A stretch of DNA of 56,754 nucleotides, taken from positions 1-56,754 of IMG/VR virus record IMGVR_UViG_3300046656_000441; one strand, 5' to 3'. Of this stretch, positions 7,729 through 16,533 are shown one piece after another (the stretch's first letter is position 1; every line of letters starts with the position of its first letter). A model generated the notes under the pieces. That model had not been told where the DNA came from and ran no database searches. It worked only from the letters and a program-made list of their open reading frames with translations. This DNA is from a virus. Its lineage: Duplodnaviria > Caudoviricetes. The position numbers were made by a program, and so were the translations under genes.

Positions 7729-9861
7729 ATGCTGGACGAAGGACAAGTCAACATTCCCGAGGGCAACGATGTGCCCGACACCGTGGCGAACGCGAACCCG
7801 GCGTCAACCGCGGACACCGACCGCTGGCGCGGTCGCATCGCGAAGTCGCGGCGCTACCGTCGAGACCTGACGGAGGATTGGCGCACGAACATCGACTTCC
7901 GCCGCGGCAAGGTGTTCGATGCCGACTCCGACATGGACCGGATTGCCATCACCTATGATTGGTCAGCCACCAAGGCGAAGCAGGCGCAGCTGTTCAGCCA
8001 GGTTCCCCAGGTGCGCCTCAAGGCGAAGAACAAGCGCTACGAGAAGGGCGTCCCCGTCTTCGCGAAGAAGCTGAACGACGCGCTGTCGCACGCCGACGTC
8101 GGCACCGCGATGGACGAGTGCTTGCCCAACTGCATCAACGCCGCCGGAGTCGGGCTCGTGCTCATCGCCTATGAGACGCGCACCGAGGACCGCGTGTTGC
8201 CGTCCGTGACGAAGCCGGCGCCGCCCGCGCCAATGATGATTCCGGGACAGCCGCCGCCACCCGCGGCGCCACCGATGGACGTCAACGGCGCCCCCGACAC
8301 CGGGGAAGCCGAGGCACCCGGCGCACCGGAGGAGACCCCGGAGCAGCCGATTCCCTACACCACCGCGCGGCGCTTCACCATCGACAGCCTGAGCCCGAGC
8401 GATGCGCTGTGGGACCTGACGTTTACCGGGTCCAACTTCAACCGCGCCCCGTGGGTTGGGCGCAGCGGACGCATGCACTTCTCGAAAGCGATGAAGGAGT
8501 TCGGGCTGAAGCCGAGCGACAAGGCGACCGTGTGCGGCACTGGCACGCAGCAAGCTTACGACCGGTTGTCCGAGGACGCCGACAAGGACCGGTTTGCCGA
8601 AGCGAACATGGTCGAGTTCGATGAGGTGTTCTACTGGCGCTACCTGTATCACGACGACGAAACGAGTTTCGAGGCCATCCAGCGCCTGGTGTTCGTGCAC
8701 GGGCGCGGCACGCCTGTGGTCAACGAGCCCTGGAAGGGGCAGCGCCGGCTCGACGCAGACGGACAGGAATCCGAAACGGGCGACATCATCGTGGGCTCCT
8801 GCAAGTTCCCCATCCAGTTCCTGACGCTGACCTATGTGACGGACAGCGCGATTCCGCCGTCCGACTCCGCGATGGGCCGGCCGCAAATCGAGGAACTCAT
8901 CCAGGGTCGCACCGACATGATGCTGCAGCGGCGTCAGTCGCGCCCGATGCGCTGGATGAACAACAACCTGGTTCCGCCAGCCCTGGTCACCGCGATTATG
9001 CGCGGCACCTGGCAGGGTGTCGTGCCCATCAACGGACCCGGCGAGCGCGCCTTCGGGGAAGTCGCACGCGCGAGCTACCCGCACGAGGACGACACCTTCG
9101 ACCGTATCGCGAAGAACGACCTGATGGAGACCTGGAATATCGGCGGGTCCCAGGGCATCGGCGGCGGCTCGAACACGCAAATCCGCACCGCGGCGGAAGC
9201 GAACAACGCCCAGTCCAACATGCAGACCCGGGTGGGCTACGAGCGCGCCCGCTGCAACAAGTTCTTCTGCAACATCGCAGAAGTCCTCGCCGGCCTCATC
9301 TGCCTGTTCGGGGAGTGGGACGAGGAAGAGACCGCGGCGCTCCAGGGCATGGACGTCCAACACATGCCCAGCTACTACATGTATACGACGCGCACCGATT
9401 CGAGCGTGCTGCTCGACGCGGAACAGCGTTACTCGCGCCTTGAGCGCTACACCAACATCGCGGCGAAGTCGGGTCTGGCCGACATGGTCCCGGTGCTCCA
9501 GGAGATGGCGAGCCTGGTGGACGTAGACGAGTCGACGGTGGCGCGGCCGACTGGTGGGAAGCCGGAGCCGGTTAACGTCTCGCTCCGTGTGGATGAACAG
9601 TCGCTGCAGGACCCGATTGTCGTGGCGATGCTCATCGAATCCGGCCAGTTCCCCAAGCCGGAAACCCTGGAGATGGCGAAGAAGGCCATCATGCAGTCGC
9701 GTCAGCTACCCGTGCCGCCGCCGCCTCCGGGTATGCCACCTGGTGGCCCAGGCGGAGCGCCGCCACCCGAGAGCGCACCTCAGCCGGCGCAGCCGGCGGA
9801 CGCCAACGCCCACTGGGACATGGCGGGCCGGGTCAACAAGCGTCAGCAGGACGGTCGATGA
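7729..9861 (+). CDS. Portal protein (podovirus/P22-like size)
   Basis: 710 aa directly after terL; TAAEA motif; Pro-rich C-terminal tail. Confidence 0.85.
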   Translation: MLDEGQVNIPEGNDVPDTVANANPASTADTDRWRGRIAKSRRYRRDLTEDWRTNIDFRRGKVFDADSDMDRIAITYDWSATKAKQAQLFSQVPQVRLKAKNKRYEKGVPVFAKKLNDALSHADVGTAMDECLPNCINAAGVGLVLIAYETRTEDRVLPSVTKPAPPAPMMIPGQPPPPAAPPMDVNGAPDTGEAEAPGAPEETPEQPIPYTTARRFTIDSLSPSDALWDLTFTGSNFNRAPWVGRSGRMHFSKAMKEFGLKPSDKATVCGTGTQQAYDRLSEDADKDRFAEANMVEFDEVFYWRYLYHDDETSFEAIQRLVFVHGRGTPVVNEPWKGQRRLDADGQESETGDIIVGSCKFPIQFLTLTYVTDSAIPPSDSAMGRPQIEELIQGRTDMMLQRRQSRPMRWMNNNLVPPALVTAIMRGTWQGVVPINGPGERAFGEVARASYPHEDDTFDRIAKNDLMETWNIGGSQGIGGGSNTQIRTAAEANNAQSNMQTRVGYERARCNKFFCNIAEVLAGLICLFGEWDEEETAALQGMDVQHMPSYYMYTTRTDSSVLLDAEQRYSRLERYTNIAAKSGLADMVPVLQEMASLVDVDESTVARPTGGKPEPVNVSLRVDEQSLQDPIVVAMLIESGQFPKPETLEMAKKAIMQSRQLPVPPPPPGMPPGGPGGAPPPESAPQPAQPADANAHWDMAGRVNKRQQDGR

Positions 9862-10253
9862 GCTTCAGTTTCCGAGACCAGGAGCGCCTGCGAGGGGTGC
9901 TCCCGGCTCTCACCACGCTGCTCGCTCGGGTCTTCGAGGAGCAGCAAGCGGCCGGCGCCCCCATGTTTGTCGTGATGGGGGTTCGCACCACCGCTGAGCA
10001 GCAAGCACTCTACGCCCAGGGCCGCACAGCGCCCGGGAAAATCGTGACGATGAAAGATGGAGTCGTGCACAAGTCGAACCACCAGCTGAAGGAGGACGGA
10101 TTCGGCCACGGGGTCGACTGCGCCTTCATCGGCTCGGACCCGTTCGAGGACAAGCACGACTGGGAAGCGTTCGGCCGGCGCGTCGAGGCGCACGGCGGAA
10201 CCTGGGGTGGCCGCTGGGCTCACCCGCACGACGCCCCACACGTCGAACTGTAG
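9858..10253 (+). CDS. M15 family L-alanyl-D-glutamate peptidase (endolysin)
   Basis: R...EQ..LYAQGRT.PG.IVT, SNH, G..VD, WGG.W, D.PH.E motifs. Confidence 0.9.
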   Translation: MSFSFRDQERLRGVLPALTTLLARVFEEQQAAGAPMFVVMGVRTTAEQQALYAQGRTAPGKIVTMKDGVVHKSNHQLKEDGFGHGVDCAFIGSDPFEDKHDWEAFGRRVEAHGGTWGGRWAHPHDAPHVEL

Positions 10254-10270
10254 TTGGCACGCTCCTTGCT
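10254..10270 (+). promoter_or_regulatory. sigma54-type promoter TTGGCACGCTCCTTGCT
   Basis: Consensus match filling the intergenic gap; GGAG SD lies downstream of the predicted +1. Confidence 0.8.
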
Positions 10271-10293
10271 AGACAAGGAGTGGAGACAATCCC

Positions 10294-10821
10294 GTGAAAA
10301 TGGTAGACGCTCAGTGCAAGACCTGTGCCACCGTGCGCGTGGACACGCTCATGCGCGACACCGGGTTCATCGCCCCCTGCCAGGAATGCGGCGCCGATAT
10401 GGAGCCGCTGTCCACCACATCGCGCCCGAGCGCGACCACGCCAGCCGTCGCTCCTGATTCAATCCCTGGAGGGATGTGGATTCGCCACGGCATCTGTAAT
10501 ATCGACGGGACCCCGCGTCGCTACGACTCGTTCTCGGAGATGCGCAAGGAAGCCAAGGCGCGCGGCCTCTACAACGTGGTCGAGCACGAGACCGACCCCA
10601 GCTCCGGCTCCGACAAGAACAAGCACACGCAGCGGTTTGTCGGCCTGCCGGCCTCCCTGACGCAAGCGGACGAGGACGCACGCGTCGCCGCGTGGTGGGC
10701 CAACGAGAAGCTCGAAGGCTACGCACCGCCGGCACCACCGACCCAGGAAACCGGTATTCGCATGGGCGGCTCGAACGACCCGCACGCGAACACCAAGGCC
10801 ATCATCAAAGCACATATCTGA
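10294..10821 (+). CDS. FmdB-like zinc-ribbon protein
   Basis: CKTC...CQECG at the N-terminus. Confidence 0.65.
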   Translation: MKMVDAQCKTCATVRVDTLMRDTGFIAPCQECGADMEPLSTTSRPSATTPAVAPDSIPGGMWIRHGICNIDGTPRRYDSFSEMRKEAKARGLYNVVEHETDPSSGSDKNKHTQRFVGLPASLTQADEDARVAAWWANEKLEGYAPPAPPTQETGIRMGGSNDPHANTKAIIKAHI

Positions 10822-10828
10822 GGGACAC

Positions 10829-11041
10829 ATGACACCTGAGCAGCTCGACAACTGGTTCAGCTACCACTCGCCCGACACGAGTCAGCAATACGCCTACGCG
10901 GAGATTCGCAAAGCCGCGCTGCACCTCGCCTCGGTCATCGCGAGCCACACGCCGGTCTCGGCTGACCAGACCGCCGCGGTGCGCAAGGTGCGCGAAGCCG
11001 TGATGACAGCCAACGCCGCCATCGCCTGTGGGGGTAAGTAA
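10829..11041 (+). CDS. Acb2/Tad1-hairpin-like small protein (candidate immune-signal sponge)
   Basis: F.YH.P...Q...Y..IR..A..LA..I....P.S.....A....EA.M.ANAAIA pattern. Confidence 0.55.
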   Translation: MTPEQLDNWFSYHSPDTSQQYAYAEIRKAALHLASVIASHTPVSADQTAAVRKVREAVMTANAAIACGGK

Positions 11042-11499
11042 TGGGCATCATCAAGCTGACCGACGAGAAGCCGGATGCTGTGTTGCCCAACGAGCCGAAC
11101 TCTCCGACACCGACCGAGCCGGTCGAGTTCTGGAGCTTCCTGTTCAAGGGTGGCATCCAGAAGGATTTCACCATCCACACCGGGCGCAACGAGAAAGTGC
11201 TCATCGTCAAGAACGCCATCGACCAGACGCCCGTCGAGGTTCAGATTTACCTGCGGGAGGGCACCGATGGCAAGAACGAGGTAACCGGCGCGCTACGCAT
11301 CAACCTGTCCAACGTGCTCATCTGGGGCAAGGAAGACGGCGTCGAGGAAATCTACGCGCCCGGCGAATCCCCGGTCGAGAAGGAACTCAAGCGCCTCGCG
11401 GACCAGCAGCAGCAGCGCGCCGAAGCATTCGAGCGGCGCCAGGCGGAGAAGGAAGCCGCATTCGACGCCGAGATGGCGTCCATCGAGAATCGCCAGTGA
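11041..11499 (+). CDS. Hypothetical protein
   Basis: TAATG coupling; high-GC3 codons. Confidence 0.65.
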   Translation: MGIIKLTDEKPDAVLPNEPNSPTPTEPVEFWSFLFKGGIQKDFTIHTGRNEKVLIVKNAIDQTPVEVQIYLREGTDGKNEVTGALRINLSNVLIWGKEDGVEEIYAPGESPVEKELKRLADQQQQRAEAFERRQAEKEAAFDAEMASIENRQ

Positions 11500-11750
11500 G
11501 AATCTACGTGGGCAGAGTGCGGGTCATTCGGGACCCGTATGAGCCCGAGAACCCACTCAAGGCCAGCCGGCACATCAGCCTGCCTGACCCCGAGGGGTTC
11601 ACCAAGTGGCAGGACGCGCTCGACTCCATTACCGAATGGGAAGCCGAGGCGTTCGCCTGCTGGTCTGTGACTGTGGACATAGACGGCAACCTTATGCTGA
11701 TGCTCTTCGACAAGCTCAGCAGTCATCCACACTACGTCCCATCCACGTAA
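11496..11750 (+). CDS. Hypothetical protein (MRIYVGRV...)
   Basis: GTGA overlap with the upstream stop; fills the gap to the scaffold gene. Confidence 0.4.
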   Translation: MRIYVGRVRVIRDPYEPENPLKASRHISLPDPEGFTKWQDALDSITEWEAEAFACWSVTVDIDGNLMLMLFDKLSSHPHYVPST

Positions 11751-11762
11751 CGGAGCAGCAGC

Positions 11763-12953
11763 ATGAATCTCAGCGACATCGTCAAGGGCGCGGTCGACAC
11801 CGCGAGCGGAAGAGAACCGGAACCGGAACCGGTGGAAGACGGCTTCGTGCCGAGCGAGAATCCTGACCCCATCGAGGGCGAGGGCGACAACGATGGCGAA
11901 GTCGACCACCTGGTGGACGCCAGCAGCGAGCTCCCCATCGAGGGTGAGGAGACCGAGAACGAACCGGTGCAGGAAGAGGCGGCACCCGTCGTTGAGACGC
12001 CGGCACCCGTGGCCGAGACCGAGGACGCGTTCGCCGTCGAGCACGGCATCAAGTCCAAGGACAAGTCGGGCCGCGAGAATCGCATCCCCTACTCGAACGT
12101 CAAGAAAATCAACGAGAACGCCGTCAAGAAGGCGCGCACGCAGTGGGAAGCCGAGACCAAGCCACTGGTTGCCGAGCGCGACGCGCGCATCAAGGAATAC
12201 GAGACGCGCCTCACCAAGGTGGGCAACACCGAGAAAGTGATGTTCGAGGACGCGCCGACATTCCTCGGCATGCTCATCGAGGCCATCCCCGCCTACAAGC
12301 AGCTGCTGGGGCCGCATGTCAACCTCGACGCACAGGGGCGCGTCACCGGGCTCAAAGCCGCCGGCCCACAGGTTGACCCGAACGACCCGGAGCCACAGCC
12401 CGATGTGGACATGGGCAACGGTCAAATCGGTTACTCCCCCGAGCAGCACCGGAAGCTGCGCCTGTGGGACCAGCGACAGGCCGAAGAGAAAGCCTACACC
12501 CGCGCGAAGACGGACATCTCGAACGAGTTCAAGCCGATTCGCGACGTGTTCGAAATGGGGCAGCGGCAGCGCGAAGCGGCGCAGCAGCGCGAGGCCCAGG
12601 TCAACGAGGCCATGCAGTGGCCGGGCTTCCAGCAGAACTTCGACGCCATCCTCAAGGTGATGAACGAGGACAGCACCGCGAAACAGGCCGGCACCTACGC
12701 GGACTACAAGTTCCCGACGATGCGCGACGCCTACAACCACGTCATGTATCAGAAGGCGAACGGGGTCACCGAGACCGCGACCCAGATGGAAGCGCGTATC
12801 CGTAAGGAAGTGACCGAGTCGCTCCGGCGCGCGCCACGCGCCACCTCGGCGGGCGCGAGCACGGGCATCGCCCCGGTCGAGACGCCCAACCCGGCGGAGG
12901 CTGAAGGCGGCACCGCGGCCGTCATCGCGGCCAGCCTCAAGGGGCGGCGCTAG
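11763..12953 (+). CDS. Capsid scaffolding protein (putative)
   Basis: Acidic low-complexity N-terminus, RIPY motif, coiled coil; upstream of the capsid gene. Confidence 0.7.
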   Translation: MNLSDIVKGAVDTASGREPEPEPVEDGFVPSENPDPIEGEGDNDGEVDHLVDASSELPIEGEETENEPVQEEAAPVVETPAPVAETEDAFAVEHGIKSKDKSGRENRIPYSNVKKINENAVKKARTQWEAETKPLVAERDARIKEYETRLTKVGNTEKVMFEDAPTFLGMLIEAIPAYKQLLGPHVNLDAQGRVTGLKAAGPQVDPNDPEPQPDVDMGNGQIGYSPEQHRKLRLWDQRQAEEKAYTRAKTDISNEFKPIRDVFEMGQRQREAAQQREAQVNEAMQWPGFQQNFDAILKVMNEDSTAKQAGTYADYKFPTMRDAYNHVMYQKANGVTETATQMEARIRKEVTESLRRAPRATSAGASTGIAPVETPNPAEAEGGTAAVIAASLKGRR

Positions 12954-13168
12954 TGCCCCGCTGGGACTGGAAGTGTGTAAAGTGTGGGACTGTAATGACT
13001 TACAGCGCCGGGTCGGTCGAGGAGGCCGACTCGGTATCCCACTACTGCCCGAATGAGCAGTGCACGCCCGCCGTTCCTGGCGGCGTCTGCCGGCTAGAGC
13101 GCCAGCCGGCGGCACCCTCCATCGCCTTCAAGGGCGCCGGCTGGACCCCGAAACACTACTCCCGGTAG
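12953..13168 (+). CDS. FmdB-family zinc-ribbon protein
   Basis: MP.WDW.CVKCG...CP..., FKGAGW. Confidence 0.75.
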   Translation: MPRWDWKCVKCGTVMTYSAGSVEEADSVSHYCPNEQCTPAVPGGVCRLERQPAAPSIAFKGAGWTPKHYSR

Positions 13169-13215
13169 TGTCAATTCTTTGACGCTGTCCCCTCCGGGTG
13201 TCAATTCGTTGACAC
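13168..13215. promoter_or_regulatory. Tandem 18-bp palindromic operator-like sites
   Basis: GTGTCAATTCTTTGACGC 13168-13185 and GTGTCAATTCGTTGACAC 13198-13215, 30 bp apart. Confidence 0.75.
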
Positions 13216-13237
13216 CTGGGGAGGACGGTGATAGGCT
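13209..13237 (+). promoter_or_regulatory. sigma70-type promoter of the capsid operon
   Basis: TTGACA-N17-TAGGCT with extended -10 TG at 13229-13230. Confidence 0.8.
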
Positions 13238-13451
13238 GTCTGTGAGCAACCCGGCAAGCCTTCCTGGCGAACTGGTGTGCGGACGGGCAGCTGAGCCTCT
13301 TCCAGCCTGGGTCCCTTAAGGACCTGCCCACCGTCCCGACCGCACGTGTTTCTCTTCCGCCCCCGCCTCGGCGTAAACCAGGCACTCAACGGGAACGACC
13401 CACCGTTAACGGGTTATTCGCTAAACCTTTGACTGCTTTGGAGTTACGGAC

Positions 13452-14408
13452 ATGGTTTTGACAATCGGACAGATGGTAGCCTCCAGCTACCCGGCCGTTC
13501 AGGCTGCGAAAAAGCGCCCCGAGAACCAGTGGGCGGAGTCGGCGTTCCTGCGTGCCTGCGAGGACATGAGCATCATCAAGCGTCGGAACCTGGGTCCGAC
13601 AATCGAGGCTCCGTTCGACTGGCGGCGCAACGCGGCGGCGGAAGTCCTCGGCGCGACGGAACTCGCGGCGGCGACCCTCACCACGAAGACCGACGTCATC
13701 GGAACGGCCAGCTACGTGCCCGCGCAGATGCGCGTGCCCGTCATTTGGTCGAAGGGCGACGACGCGAAGAACCCCGAAGAGAACCAGAAGATTGACCTCG
13801 TGGCCAGCCTCCTGGACAACGGGTTCGAATCGCACGACGACCTCCTGGAAGCGTCACTGTTCGTGACGACCAGCGTCGGCGGCGACGAAATCCTCGGCCT
13901 GGACACCATCATCTCGACGGACGGTCTCGGGACCATCGGCGGGGTTGTGGGTTCGGCGGAGTCGTTCTGGCGCTCGAAGGTTGACGGCTACACGTCAGGC
14001 GACGACCTCGAAGCCGGCCTCGAAGCCCTGTGGGTGCGCATCGAGCGCGGCACGGGCTCGCCGCTGAAGCCGCAGCTGGTCGTGAGCGGGGGCAGCACGC
14101 TGGCCCTGTTCAACTCGACCCAGCAAGGGTTTCAGCGCTACACCAACAGCCAGGAGCTGAAGGCGTCGTTCAAGACGACCGCGTTCAAGACGGCCATGTG
14201 GGTTTACTCCCAGTATGGTCCGGCGTCGGACGTCTACATGCTCAACTCGAAGAGCTACAACGTCGTTGTGTCCAAGGAATACTTCCGCAAAAAGGGACAG
14301 ACGATGGAGCAGCAGGCGTCGGAGGGCTACGTGTTCAAGATTTACAGCGCCCTTCAGGCCATCACGAACAACCGTTCGCGCCTCGGCCGTCTCGTCTTCG
14401 CGGGCTAG
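13452..14408 (+). CDS. Major capsid protein
   Basis: 318 aa after the scaffold gene, with its own promoter and hairpin; G..I..P, GLDTII...GTIGG, YMLNS features. Confidence 0.85.
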   Translation: MVLTIGQMVASSYPAVQAAKKRPENQWAESAFLRACEDMSIIKRRNLGPTIEAPFDWRRNAAAEVLGATELAAATLTTKTDVIGTASYVPAQMRVPVIWSKGDDAKNPEENQKIDLVASLLDNGFESHDDLLEASLFVTTSVGGDEILGLDTIISTDGLGTIGGVVGSAESFWRSKVDGYTSGDDLEAGLEALWVRIERGTGSPLKPQLVVSGGSTLALFNSTQQGFQRYTNSQELKASFKTTAFKTAMWVYSQYGPASDVYMLNSKSYNVVVSKEYFRKKGQTMEQQASEGYVFKIYSALQAITNNRSRLGRLVFAG

Positions 14409-14424
14409 TCGTTCGCATTCACAC

Positions 14425-14463
14425 AGGGCTGACCGGACACCGTCCCCCGGTCAGCCCTTCTTC
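14425..14463 (+). terminator. Hairpin/terminator after the capsid gene
   Basis: AGGGCTGACCGG...CCGGTCAGCCCT followed by TCTTC. Confidence 0.6.
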
Positions 14464-14495
14464 ACAGGGACGTAAATCTACTGAAGGAACACATC

Positions 14496-14855
14496 ATGGC
14501 AGCTCCCATCTCTTCGTTCGCGGTTCAGGCGGTTAGCACGGGCGCGGCGTCCGATGCGACGCTCGTTGCGGCGGTCACCGGCACGACGCTCTACGTGCAG
14601 AAGCTCCGCGTCAACTTCATCACCGTTGCCAACGGCAAGAAGTCCACGATTCAGGACACGAACAGCTCCCCCAAGGTGCTGGCGGTCGTGAACTCGCTGA
14701 CTGTCGCTGCCGCCATCAACATCGGTGAGCAGATGATTTTCGACTTCGGCAAGCGTGGCTTCAAGTGCACCGCGGACAAAGGTCTGCGGGTCACCGACGA
14801 AGGCAGCGGCTGCGTGGTCAACGTCATCGCGGAAGGCTACAAGGTCATCGCGTAG
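14496..14855 (+). CDS. Putative capsid decoration/cement protein
   Basis: Small all-beta-looking protein right after the capsid gene; paralog of 26211 and 26886. Confidence 0.55.
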   Translation: MAAPISSFAVQAVSTGAASDATLVAAVTGTTLYVQKLRVNFITVANGKKSTIQDTNSSPKVLAVVNSLTVAAAINIGEQMIFDFGKRGFKCTADKGLRVTDEGSGCVVNVIAEGYKVIA

Positions 14856-14869
14856 TTTCGGGTAAGTCC

Positions 14870-14900
14870 GGGGCGCCCTTCGGGGCGCCCCTTCGTCGTT
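14870..14900 (+). terminator. Intrinsic terminator-like hairpin
   Basis: GGGGCGCCC-TTCG-GGGCGCCCC then TTCGTCGTT. Confidence 0.7.
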
Positions 14901-14970
14901 CAACTTGATAGGGTGTGGGGGTTGCGTGCCACCCTCACCTAACGACACCCAGCACGCGAGACACATACCA

Positions 14971-15534
14971 ATGGCTACCCCCGACAACCAGACCCCCGCT
15001 CCGAAGACCCCGCCGGCTACCGCTGCGCCCACGACCGCGACACCCACCGTCTCTGTGGACTTGCTCGCCGCTGCCTTCGCACAGGCAATGGGCATCTCCA
15101 ACTCGCAGCTGGCCGAGGCGCTCTCCGCGCTGAAGCCGAAGGAGAAAATCACGCTGGCGAACCGCGTGACGCGCAACCCGATGAACCCGACGAATCGGGC
15201 GCGCAAGTTCCCCGTCAAGTATTACCAGAACTTCACCGAGGTCTACGAGGACGACGTGCTGGATGAGGAGTATGACTTGCTCCTCAAGCTCAAGCCCGGG
15301 TCCTTCATCACCGGCACCAATGGCGAGCCCCTGGTGGAAGTCATCGAAGTGAAGCGTGGCGCACAGCGCGGCATGCACATCCGCTACAACAACAAGACGA
15401 CCGACCAGCGGATGGAGTTCATGGTCAAGTGTGGCGGCTCGATGGCCGAGATGCTGACCAAGTGCATCAAGGAATACGAACGTCATCGCGTCGAAAGCAA
15501 GGCGGCACGGCGCCGCGAACTCGAAGAGGACTAG
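14971..15534 (+). CDS. Hypothetical protein (MATPDNQ...)
   Basis: ATG 14971 downstream of the terminator; strong codon bias. Confidence 0.65.
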   Translation: MATPDNQTPAPKTPPATAAPTTATPTVSVDLLAAAFAQAMGISNSQLAEALSALKPKEKITLANRVTRNPMNPTNRARKFPVKYYQNFTEVYEDDVLDEEYDLLLKLKPGSFITGTNGEPLVEVIEVKRGAQRGMHIRYNNKTTDQRMEFMVKCGGSMAEMLTKCIKEYERHRVESKAARRRELEED

Positions 15535-15538
15535 ACCC

Positions 15539-15856
15539 ATGCCACTCCTGAAAGGCCACAGCCCCGAAGTCATCGACCAGAACATCCGGGAGATGATTGA
15601 CGCCGGTCACCCCGAGGCACAAGCGGTGGCTGCGGCCTATCGGGAGGCGGGCAAGTCGAAGCGCGGCCACGAGGCGCGCCTCAAGAACACCAAGCACGCG
15701 GCGAAGAGCCCCAATCGACCGGGGCTCCACCCGCATCACCCGTTCAACTCGAAGAAGGCGCCCAACAACCGGCGCCCGGCGGCTCAGACGATGGAGCAAC
15801 CGGCACACATGGACGTCGTCATCTCAGGGTCGCGGACCCCGGTGGTATCGAAGTGA
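15539..15856 (+). CDS. Small basic phage protein (MPL.KG.S...I..NIREM...G....QAVA.A family)
   Basis: N-terminal pattern common in phage morphogenesis regions. Confidence 0.65.
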   Translation: MPLLKGHSPEVIDQNIREMIDAGHPEAQAVAAAYREAGKSKRGHEARLKNTKHAAKSPNRPGLHPHHPFNSKKAPNNRRPAAQTMEQPAHMDVVISGSRTPVVSK

Positions 15857-16533
15857 CCTTTACAGAAATCGTCAACATGGTCGCGCTCGACCTGAATATC
15901 ACGGACGCGACGTCCATCACCCGGATTGGCACGCATGTGAACCGGCGCTACCGCAAGGTGCTGCGCCGGCTCGGCGTCGAGGTGTTCTCGCGTGTGGAGT
16001 TCGACTTCACGTGCACCCCGAGCACTCAGACCCAGACGGTGGCGGACAACAACGACCCGGTCATCACGCGCATCATCAACATCTTCTACGAGGTGGACGC
16101 GAACACGCGCCCGAGGAAGCTCGAAGAAATCACCTACGATGAGATGAAGGCCAAGGTCCCGACCGAGGACATTCCCATCTACTGGGCGAAGAAGCGCCTC
16201 GGCTCCGACACCGCGACGTTCATGATTGACTCGACCATCCCGGATGGGCTCACCCTGGTCCTGGAGTGCGAGGAGACCAAGAGCACGCTGAGCGGCTCCG
16301 ACGTCCCGAACTTCTTCGAGGAGTTCCACGAGATTCTCGTCATCGGCGCCAAGATTGACGAACTGTTGAAGAAGGACAAGCCGACGCTCGCACGCGTCTT
16401 CAAAGACGAGTTCGATGAGACGCTCAACGAGCTGGCGCTCAAAGCCGTCATCGGCGCCAGCATGGACATCGTCCAGAACAAGCGGGCCTCTCTGCGCCGC
16501 ACGCAGCGCCTCCTGGCGCCGGATGCCGTCTAA
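15853..16533 (+). CDS. Head-tail adaptor (tail tubular A-like)
   Basis: MTF.EIV N-terminus, P....EFHE.LV.GA; position before the nozzle gene. Confidence 0.7.
   Translation: MTFTEIVNMVALDLNITDATSITRIGTHVNRRYRKVLRRLGVEVFSRVEFDFTCTPSTQTQTVADNNDPVITRIINIFYEVDANTRPRKLEEITYDEMKAKVPTEDIPIYWAKKRLGSDTATFMIDSTIPDGLTLVLECEETKSTLSGSDVPNFFEEFHEILVIGAKIDELLKKDKPTLARVFKDEFDETLNELALKAVIGASMDIVQNKRASLRRTQRLLAPDAV

Noticed and set aside
8540-8556. CTGGCACGCAGCAAGCT in the portal gene
   Set aside because: Spacing is correct but the -12 reads AAGC and it is far from any start; not counted.
11352-13115. Long antisense ORFs (also 25995-27860, 30819-32399, 48867-50471, 7963-9363)
   Set aside because: Shadow frames opposite well-supported genes, as expected in high-GC DNA; no motifs or RBS.
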